From Phoronis australis (lineage: Eukaryota > Animalia > Phoronida), in assembly GCA_002633005.1 (NCBI GenBank), contig NMRA01000002.1, forward strand, positions 827,278 to 891,277: a DNA stretch of 64,000 nucleotides, written 5' to 3'. This document shows positions 39,710 through 53,060 of this stretch, in pieces. The notes beneath the pieces are model-generated. The model was not told the origin of the DNA, ran no database searches, and saw only the letters and a list, made by a program, of their open reading frames with translations. The position numbers and the translations under genes were made by a program. How positions within the stretch are numbered: position 1 is the first letter of the stretch; the number at the start of each line of letters is the position of its first letter.

Positions 39710-39920
39710 TCATCATAACAATCATCATTGTGGTTGTCGTCATCCTCATCATCACCACACTAATCAGTTTCATCAACACCGTCATTGTTGTCATCATCAA
39801 CAGCAGCCCTCTCCTGAAACATTAACAACCAAACCAGCACGAGAACCATTATCGCCATTGCCTTCCTTTTCAAAGTCACCATTACTGTCATCGCTATTGT
39901 AATCGTCATCATTATCATCA
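39710..39920. repeat. Degenerate (CAT/CGT)n low-complexity tract
   Basis: Repeated atc/gtc triplets are visible. Confidence 0.7.
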
Positions 39921-41678
39921 GCGTTGCCGCGGTAAACCTCACTATTCCCATGTAAGACCAAAAAGCATAGTTTGTGCCCCGACCGGCATTTCGTAACCTG
40001 TGCATTCACTGACTTAAAAACCGCCCACCTCTTTTCAGTCGGGGTAACGGGCTAATTTTCCAGCAGCACAAAATCCCGCTACGTTTGAAACACTTGATTT
40101 ACCATTCAATACATCACTACCCGTAAGTCATGCGCTCGGTTTTGCTCGGCAAGTCTTCTGAGTCTGGTTTAGCAACTCGATGATGCATATTCAGTATGAT
40201 AATCTATTGGAGAATCTCCGAGTCGCATGATCGCAACGTTGACAAATAAATCATTGATTCATGTTTTACATTCAGGGAGAAAAAATTTAAAAAATGCGCA
40301 ACTTCTTGTTCAGAAATTGACATAAATCATAGTTGTTCGAGGGAGCCCTTTCGTGGCGTCTATGACTACCCTTTTTCTGAAGAGGTCATTCACAGAGGGA
40401 GCTCAATTATGAAATCAATTGGGTCTCTGTTGTGATGGCGTACATCGATTTATTTTGAGGAACGCCACCCATTTTTCTAGATTTTTAAAGCTACGTTTCA
40501 TCCTGTTTACCTAGCTAAAAACAAAAATAAACAAAATAGAACTTTTACTTTCACAAAATTATATTCTTCACCGTAATAGCGATCCATACCCGCTACCAAC
40601 TTATTTACAGTCAATGAGAACATGCGCCCTTTTCAAATTTTAGGGTTGGCCAGCTTCTAGAAACTCTACTGAAGGCGTTTCTTGTGTCGCTGATGGTTTC
40701 GATGTACAGTGTATGTGTAGATGATGGAAATAAAACCCTACCACGGTAAAAAGACCGGTTGTTTGAAAATAAAAAGGCCTGGCTCGATTTTTGTCTTTTG
40801 CCAGCTCAGCAGGGCGGACGATAACCTTTAATAGTACAGAATTTGGGTAGCATGTTTCAGTTTCCTTAGTAAGGGACTATTTCTCATACGAGGCCATGTA
40901 AATGCGACACTGCCAACTATTCATAAGCGTTAGCAAAAACGAAATGAAATTGGTCATTCACAATATATACTTTAGCAAAACTCAGCAGTATCAGGACATG
41001 CGGCTCAGACAACCAAATTTAGACGGCATTTAGAGAACAAAAAATAACAACGACCGAAATTGAGAGATAGTAGTTGAATACCATTATTTGTTCTCGGTGG
41101 GTTTATAATGATAAAATTATCAATACCTTTTCAAAAGAATTCTAAGAAGAATACTTCCTTTGAAAGCATTATTAAGAAATGAAAAAGAGCTTTGACAAAC
41201 TTTAATAATAGTCTGCCGGAAAAAAATGTAAAGATGATGTTGATAGCAATTGGCCGTGTTAGAGCTTTAAAAATCACGATTACAGTAAAAGACAAAAGTA
41301 TCAGACAACAGGCACTTCCCCGCCATGACGGATAGTTCCATTAACAAAAAAAAATTACTAGTGATAACTATTGAGTCTGCAAAATCCATGTACATGTGCC
41401 TTTAACTGTCATCTCTGTGTGGGAGATGCCAGGCTCAGAGATGCAAATTATCAAAGCTATTAATGGTTTAAGTTGGGATTACTATCTTTAAACTTGGCTT
41501 AGGATAAAACGAGATAGTTAAGTGGGCCATTTTTTGTCATTAAGTAGGCACCACTCCCATTGGTTATGTTGTGACTAATTGGTTTACACTAGCCACTGAG
41601 AAGCAAGGTCACATACAGAGAGCCACTTGCTACATGTCTGCATCCTGGGAAGCCAATGTGAATATACACTGTATAGAG

Positions 41679-41783
41679 AATCCTACACGAGTCTCAGGTT
41701 TATGACACGGGGTAGCCTCGGGATTTTGACGAAGTTTCAAAGAAGTTTTGCCCATATTATAAACCTGAGACGAGGGTAGGATT
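41679..41783. mobile_element. 105-bp palindromic mini-element; deleted copy at 28249-28337
   Basis: Ends are aatcctacacgagtctcaggtttat...ataaacctgagacgagggtaggatt. The core ctcgggattttgacgaa is shared with ~28270. Confidence 0.75.
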
Positions 41784-42146
41784 TGTTTTCTCACATGAAC
41801 TGTAAAAGCGATCATTTTGCCGAAAGACCTCGACGGTGTCTAAAACTTTCAACCAAACGACGCTACTTTTGTAAAAACTCGCTTGCGCAATTTGAAGTAA
41901 ACCCAGCTACTTTTTAAAAATAATTTTATATAAACTTAAGAATTGTAAATTGCATTTAGCTTTCGTAACAAACGGTGAAGTTAGTGTCCAGTAAATACTC
42001 TTTGAAGTTGTAACATTAAAACTTAACAAATATTTATAAATAACAGTCAGCTGGGTTTCCCGCGCGTGAGCACTGAAATTGACTAGTCAGCCTCACCTCG
42101 TAGTTTCTTGGGTTCGTCTCTGTTTTAATGAACGTGGATATATAAA

Positions 42147-42740
42147 TTATTACATGGCTAAGTCGTTATCCGCCGTAATCTAGAGCCAGATTGGATTTTG
42201 GAGAATTATCGCCCGATGTTTTTACTTAAAACCAAATAAAATTGAAACAAAATAGAAATAACGTGAATCTGTAAAATGTTTTTAAGCAACTACTCTAGCT
42301 TACTACACATCTTGTAATGCTAAGCTTCCACCGTGAAAATATCATCTGCTAAAGAAGGTTACCACTGGTTACTGAGTATAATGTCCAAGTCAAACATTCA
42401 AACTGGTGATCGATGATTTACAAGTGAGAGAAAATGGCAGGTGAATTTTACTCAACTGAAATCTCGTTTTTATTGAAATTGTGCGTCTTATTTTTTATAG
42501 CGCATAAATGTCGGTAGAATGCCGTTTGTTGAACATGCGGTTATTGCGCGTGCTTATTTAAGTATTCTATTTTCATGTACGACGACGTCAGCTACTGAGT
42601 GATGCAGTGGTTAAGTCGACGACTCGAAGCTCTAGCGAAGCGGGTTCGAAACCGTCAAAATGTTATTCAACGCGCGTTGAATAACTAAATGAGTTATTCA
42701 TCGGTTGTAATGGCCATTTCAGGCTGCTAATGTGGTATAA
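42147..42740 (+). mobile_element. Crypton-like repeat, second copy (with tRNA-like segment 42591-42655)
   Basis: It is colinear with 20292-21052. The A-box-like sequence is tgatgcagtggtt and the B-box is ggttcgaaacc. Confidence 0.65.
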
Positions 42741-44424
42741 ATGGGTGGAAGACGTTTGGTCACTTGACAATGGCAGAACACAACAGATCAGAAGACGAAG
42801 ACGATTTTCAGCGAGAACTGGACAATTACATGTACTATGCAGACAGAGAGTAAAGTCGATATGGGCATCACACTCAAGTATTTGAAAAATAAGGCAATGA
42901 TTTCTATTTCCCACATAAAGTACAACACTAGCTATTGTTTGAGCTGTAAAAATCGGGTTGGGAACAGCAGTGTAGTTTGTGAGTATGAATATTTCACGCC
43001 ATATCTTCAAAAGAAACGCGGACAAATGACTGACCTTAACTATTAATTAATTCCTGCATATGCACTTTCATTAGCTACACATAATGTATTAATAAAGGAT
43101 GGACATGTATATCATAGAATTAAAATATGTTGAAAAAGGTGTAAGTTTTGCTCCAAAAACTAGCTCAAAGAACCACGTGCTGTCCACAAAAACATTGTGA
43201 AAACGCATAGCGATGACACGCTCCTTGCTCTGAATTCTGTGAGCAACATGCTGTCATAGTAATAATTTATTAGATTACGGTACTGATACTGGTGGCAATT
43301 AGCGCTCACTTTTGACAAAGCTTGAAGTGTATGCTTCATTTAATTAATTATTTCGTACAGGTTTATTTCCATTAACTGGTTGCGATGGTAACCATTTTTG
43401 ATTTTTCAAAATTGGGCTTCACATTTTTCGGTTTAGTAAAGTATTGTATTTCCAAAATACAATATCATAGTAATGATACCTATTTAGCCTTGGCAAATCA
43501 GCAAAATTTCTAGGAAGAGTCACTAAAATGATTCAATTTATGAAACCTTAAGGTGCTTATTTTGACTGGTTGACTCTAAGGTTATGTTTTTACAATGATC
43601 AACGGTTAAGCTACGATTTGTCAGATCTAACATTGCCTACAGCGGTGGTACAGCAGCTGAATCTGTCAGAAAATTATTTGGTTTCCGCCCTCAGCCATCA
43701 TGTTTCTATGCCTAAATACATGAAGTTCACTCATTTTGACAAAAATCGATGTTCTTGCTGGAAAATTCTTGTAAATTGATGTGACCAACAGGTGTGCGAA
43801 AATAGTCAGGTGTCAGTCACCCCGGCCAGATCTAAATGTCAACTTTTATCAAAGTTTGATGATCCGTTTTGACAATAACTGACAAAATAATGTAGTATCG
43901 CTTATTAAAGCGACAAACTGGGGTACACGATAGTCGAATTCACAGGAAATTCATCTCTTGCTATATAATTGCGTGCCAAATTCCATCATTCGAAATCGTT
44001 TTTGAAGTTGTTAACAGTGTAAAGAAATGTTAAGGGTACGTAAGCTTGCAGCGTACATTCACCTTAAAATTGAAGCAGGTTTTTTGTCAATATGACTCAA
44101 GCTGCAAACCAAACGTCACTGCACAACCAATCACTAACTTTACTACACTGATTGGCAAGACACATTTGTGGCATCGGTTGACAACCTATCATTAACTTCA
44201 TTTCAGTAATTGACAAGCCACGTTTACGGTTTCTCTTGACAAATCTCAACCAATTCAGTTAAGCTTTTTTAGTATATACATGTATCATATGGTATATTTG
44301 TTGAATACGCACTGGATGTACATGTAGTTGTTTCACCGGTCGTAAGGCTTGTAACCAAAAGATTTGTTTCATATATTGGTGACGGCAGCCTTGGTTCCCT
44401 TGACGGACCAATTATCTAGTTGTA

Positions 44425-44863
44425 CCGGGGTTTTCCGTAGATAAGCCCACCCGATGAAACGCCCATGGTCGTTTATTCGGAAAATTATGCCGAATACACG
44501 CCCGTGGGCGTTTATGTGGTGTTACAGCTTGTGGTGTCAAGTATCCAGACAGTGGGACGTTTATTTGGAAAATTTTCTCTTAAAAGCCCACTTAACGTCA
44601 ACTTTTTCTTACAAATTCAGTTTTGTGGAGGATTTGTCATTTAAAAAAATTAACAAGGCGTTGGCAAACTATGTATTTATGAACGAAAAATTTGAAAAAT
44701 ATGTTTCAAGTGAAAGAGTGACAAGTCAACAAAACTACGGCTTTCCGTTTACACGCACCCTTTTCTGAATAAACGCCTGGGCGTTTATTTGGTGTTGCTA
44801 AAACGCCTGAAAACATTCATTTTCCGAATACTTGCCCATGGGCTTATCTACGGAAATTCCCGG
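44425..44863. mobile_element. Tc1/mariner-pogo type MITE with TA TSD
   Basis: Ends are TA|ccggggttttccgtagataagccca ... tgggcttatctacggaaattcccgg|TA. Internal gggcgtttatt motifs are repeated. Confidence 0.85.
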
Positions 44864-46572
44864 TATGAGTTGTCTGGATCCTTCTCCATAACTGTCTCAA
44901 ACTGCAAAGACTCGAAGCCACATTCACCCTTTACAATAAGAGCAAATTCCGTATGACTTGTGCTAAGCTGTGAGACAACAGTGTGCACTGCTTAGGCCTC
45001 AATGACCTTGCTGCACTGAGATTTTAACCATGCAAATAAGTAATATCTCACTGTCGTAGACTACTGTGGACTGTCTACAATGTACGACTCACTAGAATTC
45101 TGCACTATCACATCCGCCGTTTCTAAATATGTAAATTAGCATTATCTCACTGGCTGTTTTAAACATCATTATGCAAACATCGTCAAAACCTTGAAAATTG
45201 TAAAATGCCGTTGCCTGAAAGAGTTATTGTTTTTATAGACTTTGCAGTTTTCTCTGCAATTTTCTTTTCACATTTCAGCTACAGTTTTGCATTGTTAACA
45301 TTTTCTGGACTTCAGAGCGCATAGTACAGTTAGTTTACATTTCAAAATGGCTATAACTATACTTTCTTCTTGCAAAAGTGACCCCGAGACTAAATAAAAT
45401 TAGACAATGTAGAAGCAGATAAAAACAATTTACAATCTGGTAAAATATATACTATTAAAAAGCACTAGCTTTCAAGCATTCATGGGTGCAACTCTTCACA
45501 CCTGATGAAGAGCGTCTACAATGTCTTAGAAAAGTGATATTAGTGGCCAAACCTATTTTAATTTAATATGTACCGAGTACTTCTTTTATTGTATAAAAAA
45601 GTTAAGTACAGATGTATCACCCATAATGATTTCAAAATGGCTGCCATATTAATAAAACCAAAACCGAATGATTTAGTTTTGCCAGAATTTCATCGACGTA
45701 CGTCCAACTTCCTTATCAATCATTTCATATCGACAAGCAACTCATTCGATGAACTATTTGTTTGAGTAGCTACTTTCTACATAGATCAATATCCACTAAA
45801 ACACAAATTTCTTAAATATTTCTTTATAATTAACGGTCGATCTGAATCTCAGTGCAGAGGATTCCTCCAGACCCATAAGCAAACAAGTAGGCAATTTGTC
45901 TGTCAGAGCCTACCGACATGAGCATAATCCGATGAAAGATTTCATTCAGGCCATAGGGTCAGTGTGCGCTAAAATACCGACATTATGTAATTGATTTAGT
46001 TACCTTGTAGATTCGGGGAAATCCCATATGTTATTTCTCGATGAGTCTTGTTATGTTTAATTCTCAGGTGGCAAATAAGCCAATTCGGGCTGGGTACAGA
46101 TTGTTATTAATATTCCATGTATTGATTGAATTAATGAACTGTGTACTTGACGCTATGATAAATAAACACTGCACTGCACTACACTGCTTCAATTATTACT
46201 GGCCGTTACCCGTGCTTTCGTCCTGGAAGCAGCTAGTGGGAAATGCCGAGAGGAAATAGCTACACCTTCAAGTGGACTTTAGTGTTCATCGTAAGGGACA
46301 GGAATACTTCTTGAAGGGGCCGTGTTCAAAGCTTCAATCAGAATTTCTGTCGCTGTCAGATTTTAGTAGACAAGGTGTGTTGCTGCGGTATTCTTTCCCC
46401 AGGCAGTATAAATTTCTATCCAGAACATTTGGCCCTGCCGTAACACAAATTACGATAATCAGATACTTTTAAAGTGAAAGCTAAGAAAGCATTTAAAAAT
46501 ACTGTATTGTACACAAAGTGTATAACTGTATTTACAAAAGTCGTAACAAAAATGTAGATACTGAGGTAGAAA

Positions 46573-46656
46573 CATGGGCGGCGCACCATAGGGGNGGGGG
46601 GGGGGGGGGGGGGGGGGCTATAGCCCTCCACTTTTTTTATTGCTGCGCCGCCCATG
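46573..46656 (+). mobile_element. MITE family B monomer (CATGGGCGGCGCA TIR), 5-bp TSD AGAAA
   Basis: agaaa|catgggcggcgca...tgcgccgcccatg|agaaa. Confidence 0.85.
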
Positions 46657-48640
46657 AGAAAGCCAGCTATTGCTGTATGAAGACTATCGTCAACATACAT
46701 GCAGCTAGGTAGCCGGGTGTTGAGCTCCGCTAGACACCGAAATTTCTCACAACCCTTGTGCTTATCTCGTCACCTCGTCGTGAAACTTATATATAGAGCT
46801 AACGACTGGCAGGGGTGCATGCCGAATCTGGGAATCAATCGACACTCACCTTGCCCGTTACAGCCGTTTATTGAGGTAAAAAAAACAATCTAATAAACGT
46901 TATTTCTGCGTAATTCTCCCCAAAAAATCTGCCTGTCGTCGTTTTGAAAACAGTGCATACTTGTGACACGCTCGCGCGCCTTTTCCTAAAATTTTGGTAT
47001 ATCTTTCGGGAATTTGTTCTGAAATTGGGTTTTCTGGTATTAAAACTTGTAACGAAATGAAAACATTTCCGATTGTTTTAATATGTACTCAACCTCACAG
47101 TTGATTGAAGAATCGGGGAAATTGGCCAATAGGTCACGCAATTGCGCCCAAAGCCGACCCAGAAGAGCGCATCACAATTTTAGTACCAGAATAACGATAG
47201 AACGCCATTTTTCCAACACCGGAAAATAATTTAGTTTACTCAAGGAAGAGTGTATTTTCTAATGACATCATTAATTTTGGCGGTGACAGGCCCGATAAAT
47301 TATATACGTGACAGAAGCCAGAGGGAGTGAAATTAAGCCGACAGACTGACGTCACCCAGGCGGTTGAGCCGAGCTACCGACGTCACCAAGACCCTCCCTT
47401 CGCGTCCGCGAAAAAACGGGCCGCGAGAAAAAATAGAACACCTCGAATCTAAATAGGGGCCGGTGCACTACCTGGGACCAAGGTGTTGTCGAAACGAGTG
47501 CAACGAAGGTCTGTAGTGGAGCGGGGGAGACGGAGTTTGCGCGAACGATGCATTTTATATTATAGATTCATTACGTATACACCAAACCGAACGAGACAAT
47601 TTTCTTTGGAGATCTAAACATATGTTGAAACAGTCAAGATCGATCAGACAATTCTGGCGAACTCAACGAGCCGGTCACCCTCCGCAAACAGCTAACTTAC
47701 TATGCTATCACATGTTTAGTCGAGTAATCTCGTATGTACATTTCAACACAGTGGGTGGCTATTGAGACAACGAATCTTGCCCACAACATTTGTGCATTCA
47801 GACACATCTGTAGCCACCACAAGCCTACAGACACCACGTGCTGGCAAATCTATTCCTTAGAAACACCCAGTGAATATCAAGTCACCCATTTAAACCCCTA
47901 GTGCACAAAGAATGTGCATTTTGAGTTTCTATATGTTTGAAATCAGTGCTTCCCAATAAAGTTTTTTGTAACGACTGCCGAAAGCAGGCGCACATATACC
48001 TAAAGAGCATCATTGGAAGAGCATGAAAGCAGAATTCTCCTTCCCAACTTGGTTCAGTGTGCCTTCTCCAAGAAAATTGCAGAAGGGATGTGTAATAACG
48101 TGAATTATGATGCAACCCAGTAATTTCAGAGATAATTCGGTACTTTAAAAATAGTGGAATTTGTTGTTGAAGGACTTCAGAATTAGAATTTGCAGGTAGT
48201 ACGACATGACGTGTACCAGGAATTTCGGGAAATAGGCACACACAAAATTGCGTCCATGGACATATTTTCGGAGAGGTTTCCAAAAGCACACCCGTGGGTC
48301 TATTTTCTGTAGCTGTTTGCATGCTTTGAAAATCTGACGAACTGTTCTGAAATACGTATGTCATATTTTTGAATGTATAAGTTTTGTTTATTTTGACAAG
48401 AAATTACATTGTAGGATTGTGATTCCACTCAAAGACTTGTCACTTGACAATGACAAGATGTTGGGTGACTTTATTGGTGACTAACCGTATTAGCACAGTG
48501 TGAAGAACTGATTTAATAAATCAGACCCCCAGCCCACTTAAAAAAATGATAATAAGATAAGGCTAACACAAACAGGCCTGAAAGTTACGAAATGTGTAGA
48601 GTTTAGTGTTCTTTCATCTGATAAAACTCATCCGCGTAGC

Positions 48641-49070
48641 GTAAGCCAAGTACGACATAAGTCCTATTTTTTTACAGTGACAGTTCGCACTTTATTCCAG
48701 TGATAATTCTTTAGCAAACAGAAGCCAGGAAGAATTAAAGTAATAAATATGTATTATTGTAATTACTGTTTATTCCAAAAACAAATGCTTATTACTGGAA
48801 TATGTTAACCTATCGCATGTCAGGAATAATTACTGTAATAAATGCGTCGGACTTATGTTGTGCTTGGCCTACAACAGGTCAAGTCCGATTTATTACTGTA
48901 ATAATTCCCCACTTTATTCCAGAAATAATTCTTTAGCCAATCAGAAGCCAGGAATAATTACTGTTATAAATAATTATTACTGAAATAAATATTAATTAAT
49001 TACAGTAATCAAAATTTCACAGTAATTATTCCTGGCTTTTGGTTGGCTAAAAAATTAATACTGGAATAAA
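48641..49070. repeat. Cluster of two related fold-back palindromes (48641-48872, 48913-49070)
   Basis: The first pair is gtaagccaagtacgacataagtcc / ggacttatgttgtgcttggcctac. The second is tttattccag..tttagccaatcagaagccaggaataattactgt / acagtaattattcctggcttttggttggctaaa..ctggaataaa. Confidence 0.75.
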
Positions 49071-49247
49071 TCGCGAATAATTACAGTGATGTGACGGGAC
49101 GTTCGTAACTTTATTGTTATTCTTATTTAGTTGCAAATATTCAGTTATTCTTATGCTAATGTCTTTGTTGCGTCTCAGTGCGCCTTTGTTACGTGGGCAT
49201 GTGGGCGCGACTGTATGTGTCGGGCACTTCGCTAGCGACAGGCTTAG

Positions 49248-49438
49248 NNNNNNNNNNNNNNNNNNNNNNNNNNNNNNNNNNNNNNNNNNNNNNNNNNNNN
49301 NNNNNNNNNNNNNNNNNNNNNNNNNNNNNNNNNNNNNNNNNNNNNNNNNNNNNNNNNNNNNNNNNNNNNNNNNNNNNNNNNNNNNNNNNNNNNNNNNNNN
49401 NNNNNNNNNNNNNNNNNNNNNNNNNNNNNNNNNNNNNN
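49248..49438. other. Assembly gap (191 N)
   Basis: Run of N. Confidence 1.
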
Positions 49439-49466
49439 CCCCCCAGCCGCGAAAAATAAACACTAA

Positions 49467-49865
49467 CAGCCGATTTCATAAAGGTGGGTTAAAGTTAAAC
49501 CTGGTTTAAACTGGATTTAGACCAGGTTTAAAGATAATCTGCATTTCATAAAGGTGGTTTAACTTTTAGACCAGTGTACTGATTCTACTAGTGTATGCCA
49601 TTGTATACCCACGTGATCAAGGTTTCATTGAGGCACTTCAATAGTTTCTTTGTTGGGTTTAACCAACTCGACACAGTGGGGATGCCTTTGATACTTTAAA
49701 GCTGGTTTTACTGAACCAGCTCCCTGGTTTAGCAAAACCAGGCTTTCAGACTCTTAAAACCATGTTGGTGAAATGCACGTCAGGTCTAAAATTAGACCAG
49801 GTTTAGGAAAACCAGGTTCAAGTCTTAAACCTGGTCTTGTTAAACCACCTTTATGAAATCGGCTG
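49467..49865. mobile_element. PIF/Harbinger-like (Tourist) MITE
   Basis: The 21-bp perfect TIR is cagccgatttcataaaggtgg / ccacctttatgaaatcggctg, with internal repeated aaacctggt/accaggttt motifs. The TSD is not clean (taa/cag). Confidence 0.8.
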
Positions 49866-51084
49866 CAGGTGTCGCAGACGCTTGAATAAGTCGGCTGGAG
49901 TCGTTGAAACGTTTAATTGTCAAGCAGGACCAGAAAAGAATTATAATTTTTCCATATCACATCACTTATCGGTTTTATCATTCCTGATGTGTTTCGTTAA
50001 CGTTGATGTTGTTTCGTCATTTTGCAAAAAGCAGACGAGCGTACAGATGACAGTTCAATGATCAGTATACAGATGACAAACAATTCTTTTGATTTATGAC
50101 GAGTCATAAAAATCTCTTCCTTATAAGTTAATAAGTAAGTATTTATGGATCCGCTGAAATAATACACACTAATTGTCTGTCGTCACATTTAGCCAAGTCC
50201 TTCAAATTAGCATTCTATATTATTATTATTCTTGTTTTTGACATTGCAGATGCCATGCTATGTCATCGTTTATTTTTAGCGTACACACATTATCATGGAT
50301 GTAGTGCTTGGTACTTATTCTTCATTGTTTCCACATATGCTAAAGTACAGGTATACATGACTTCACGGCTCTCTCACTTATCAAAGAGCGAACAATTTGC
50401 CGCTCCATTACTATGAGAAAAAAATGTTAATTAGCTGCCGCCATTTCCAATAAATGCATTTTTATGTGAATTTCACTAGGCACGTTAATGATGGCTATAC
50501 ATCAACTTAGACATGCTCATGAAAAATATTGAGACAGACGTTGCATTCAAACCATTTTATTATTAGGTCAAAGATAGATGTTTATAAATATTAGTTTATT
50601 ACAATGATTCCAAATGAGTGTCTGGAGTAGGACTCTGTGTCATTAGTATTTTCCGCGTCTTCGATTTCCTACTTATTCCTATCACGGGGAGTTCAGCATG
50701 GAGTGATACGCGAGTCCACAGGCCCAAATGTTCATACCGTTTTAGGGGACACATGACGTTCAAGTAGTGATCATTGGATACTGTCATTACTCCCCAGTCT
50801 CACGAATTGGAGAGGAAATAGAACGCATCACGCGTTGAGTGAATGGTTGTTGTCAAGTGCGCCAATGTAAAAGTTCCTTTGAACAGTAATCCAAGTTGGT
50901 CTTTGAAGAACTACAATGATGGATCACATGATTCGATTTGCAGTGTAGAAGGTAGTCTCCTCCGTGCAGTTACGGTGTGTAATGATAGCAAGAACCGTCA
51001 GTGAGTCTCAGGTTAGTTTCATGTGCATGTAAAGTGCGTCAATGCGTAGGACAACTTTTTTACATGAATTATACATCTTTCAGA

Positions 51085-52625
51085 AATGCGTAGATGACAT
51101 ATAAGGTGAAAGTAGAGAATTAGGACCAAAAACTAGTGCCCCTGGAAGAGGCCACACTTTCGTTTTGCCACATTATGCACGTGCGTATTTCAAATTCGTC
51201 ACGTCTGTTGCATCATTCCGAAAACTGGGAACAAGCTCGTCTGCCTAGCGACGACAGGTTCGTTATATTTAGACATCGGCGAATGCCATGGAAAAACACA
51301 TATTACCAATTCCTGAAAAGCCCGAAGATGATGTAACCAGTCCTAAAGTTCAGTTGAACGCAGGGTCGACAGATGAAGAAACACTCAAGGGAATCAACAA
51401 TTATACTAATGCTTTTGACAAGTGCAAACTTGTAACATACGCCCATGATGCCGGTTCGTTTTATGCTATCATTCAAAGTTGGAAGTAGAAAATACCCTTA
51501 ACACTAACTTGTTTCATTTTTTCTCAGTGGTTAGAGGACAACACGGACTTGCCTTAAGCGTTAACATGGGCGGCAAACCACAGGAGGCTGGGGGTGGGGG
51601 GAGAGGGGGCTATAGCCCCACTTTTTTCAGTGCTATGCCGCACATGGTCTATAGACGGTCCACCAGAAGGGGCTGAAGGGGCTTTAGCCCCCCATTTTTC
51701 AGTGCTGCGCCGCCCATGGTTAAACAGCTAGACCAAGAGTATATGGTAATCTTTTTCACTAGAAGTTCAAATTTTCAGCACCCGTTGACTTATCTAAAAA
51801 TTTCTCTCTGGAAATCTGAAATACGTAGGTGGTAGACACACATGTTGATTTCATCTNAATGCGCAGATGACATATAAGGTGAAAGTAGGGAATTAGGACC
51901 AAAAACTAGTGCCCCTGGAAGAGGCCACACTTTCATTTTTGCCACATTATGTACGTGCGTATTTCAAATTCGTCACGTCTGTTGCATCTTTCCGAAAACT
52001 GGGAACAAGCCCCTCTGCCTAGCGACGACAGGTTCGTTATATTTAGACATCGGCGAATGCCATGGAAAAACACATATTAACAATTCCTGAAAAGCCCAAA
52101 GATTATGTAACCAGTCCTAAAGTTCAGTTGAACGCAGGGTCGACAGATGAAGAAACACTCGAGGGAATCAACAATTATACTAATGCTTTTGACAAGTGCA
52201 AACTTGTTACATACGCCTATGATGGCGCTTCGTTTTATGCTGTCATTCAAAGTTGGAAGTAGAAAATACCATTAACACTAACTTGTTTCATTTTTTCTCA
52301 GCGGTTAGCAGACAACACAGACTTGCCTTAAGCGTTAACATGGGAGGCAAACCATAGGAGGCGGGGGGAGAGGGGGATATAGCCCCAGTTTTTTCAGTGC
52401 TATGCCGCACATGGTCTATAGGCGGTCCACCAGAGGGGGCTGAGGGGGCTTTAGCCCCCCACTTTTTTCAGTGCTGCGCCGCCCATGGTTAAACAGCTAG
52501 ACCAAGAGTATGTGGTAATCTTTTTCACTAGAAGTTCAAATTTTCAGCACCCGCTGACTTATCTAAAAATTTCTCTCTGGAAATCTGAAATACGTAGGTG
52601 GTAGACACACATGTTGATTTCATCT
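51085..52625 (+). repeat. Near-identical tandem duplication joined by a single N (51085-51856 / 51858-52625); likely haplotype overlap artefact
   Basis: The copies differ by SNPs and small indels. The N at 51857 is exactly at the junction. Confidence 0.85.
51565..51718 (+). mobile_element. MITE family B dimer, 5-bp TSD GTTAA (duplicate at 52339-52487)
   Basis: gttaa|catgggcggc...gccgcccatg|gttaa, with two internal ggggct.tagcccc..ttttcagtgct units. Confidence 0.85.
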
Positions 52626-53060
52626 GTTCTAAAGTGTCTGAGAAAATTGACTTTCTTAAAAAAAGAACGCGTTAGGCTATTGACGTTCTAAATCTATTGT
52701 GCAAAGCCTTAGTTTTGCCTCATTTAAGATATTGTGACGTTGTATGGACCTCTTGTAATAATGGAAACGGATCCAGTTTACAAAAAATACGAAACTCGTC
52801 GGCAAAAACTATTTTACAGCCAAATAAATATACAAGGCTCAAAAACTCTATCCACTGTTGGCTGGCTCAAGCTGGACGACATGTTTAGCTATGTTTCTCT
52901 ATGACGTGGCGCCTGAGTATCTTTGTAGTAAACTAGATTCACAATAGAAATACTTGGTGTGGTAACAGTGGAAATGCCTACATTCATAAAAACTATGAGT
53001 AACTTTGGTAAACGCTCAATTTTCGACTCTGGTGCCTTGCTTTGCAATTTATTCTGATAT
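52165..53060 (+). mobile_element. CR1/L2/Crack LINE RT remnant interrupted by MITE B (5' part duplicated at 51390-51856)
   Basis: Motifs in order: INNYTNAFDKCKLVTYAYDG (decayed IND...YADD), EVENTINTNL, HVDFICSKVSEKI, and LCKALVLPHLRYCDVVWTSC..SLQKIRNSSAKTIL (the PH.DYC..VW...LQ.LQN.AAR motif). Confidence 0.8.

Noticed and set aside
47882-48364. Longest ORF (160 aa), containing CPWTQFCVC (LRR N-cap-like)
   Set aside because: No LRR repeats or other domain follow, and the composition looks random.
49047-49509. Four ORFs spanning X runs
   Set aside because: They are artefacts of the N gap.
50820-51150. Minus-strand motifs RNFYIGALDNNH (transposase-like) and a frameshifted QG..FGP..F.LY (RT-like)
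   Set aside because: They are too short and too degenerate to call without an alignment search.
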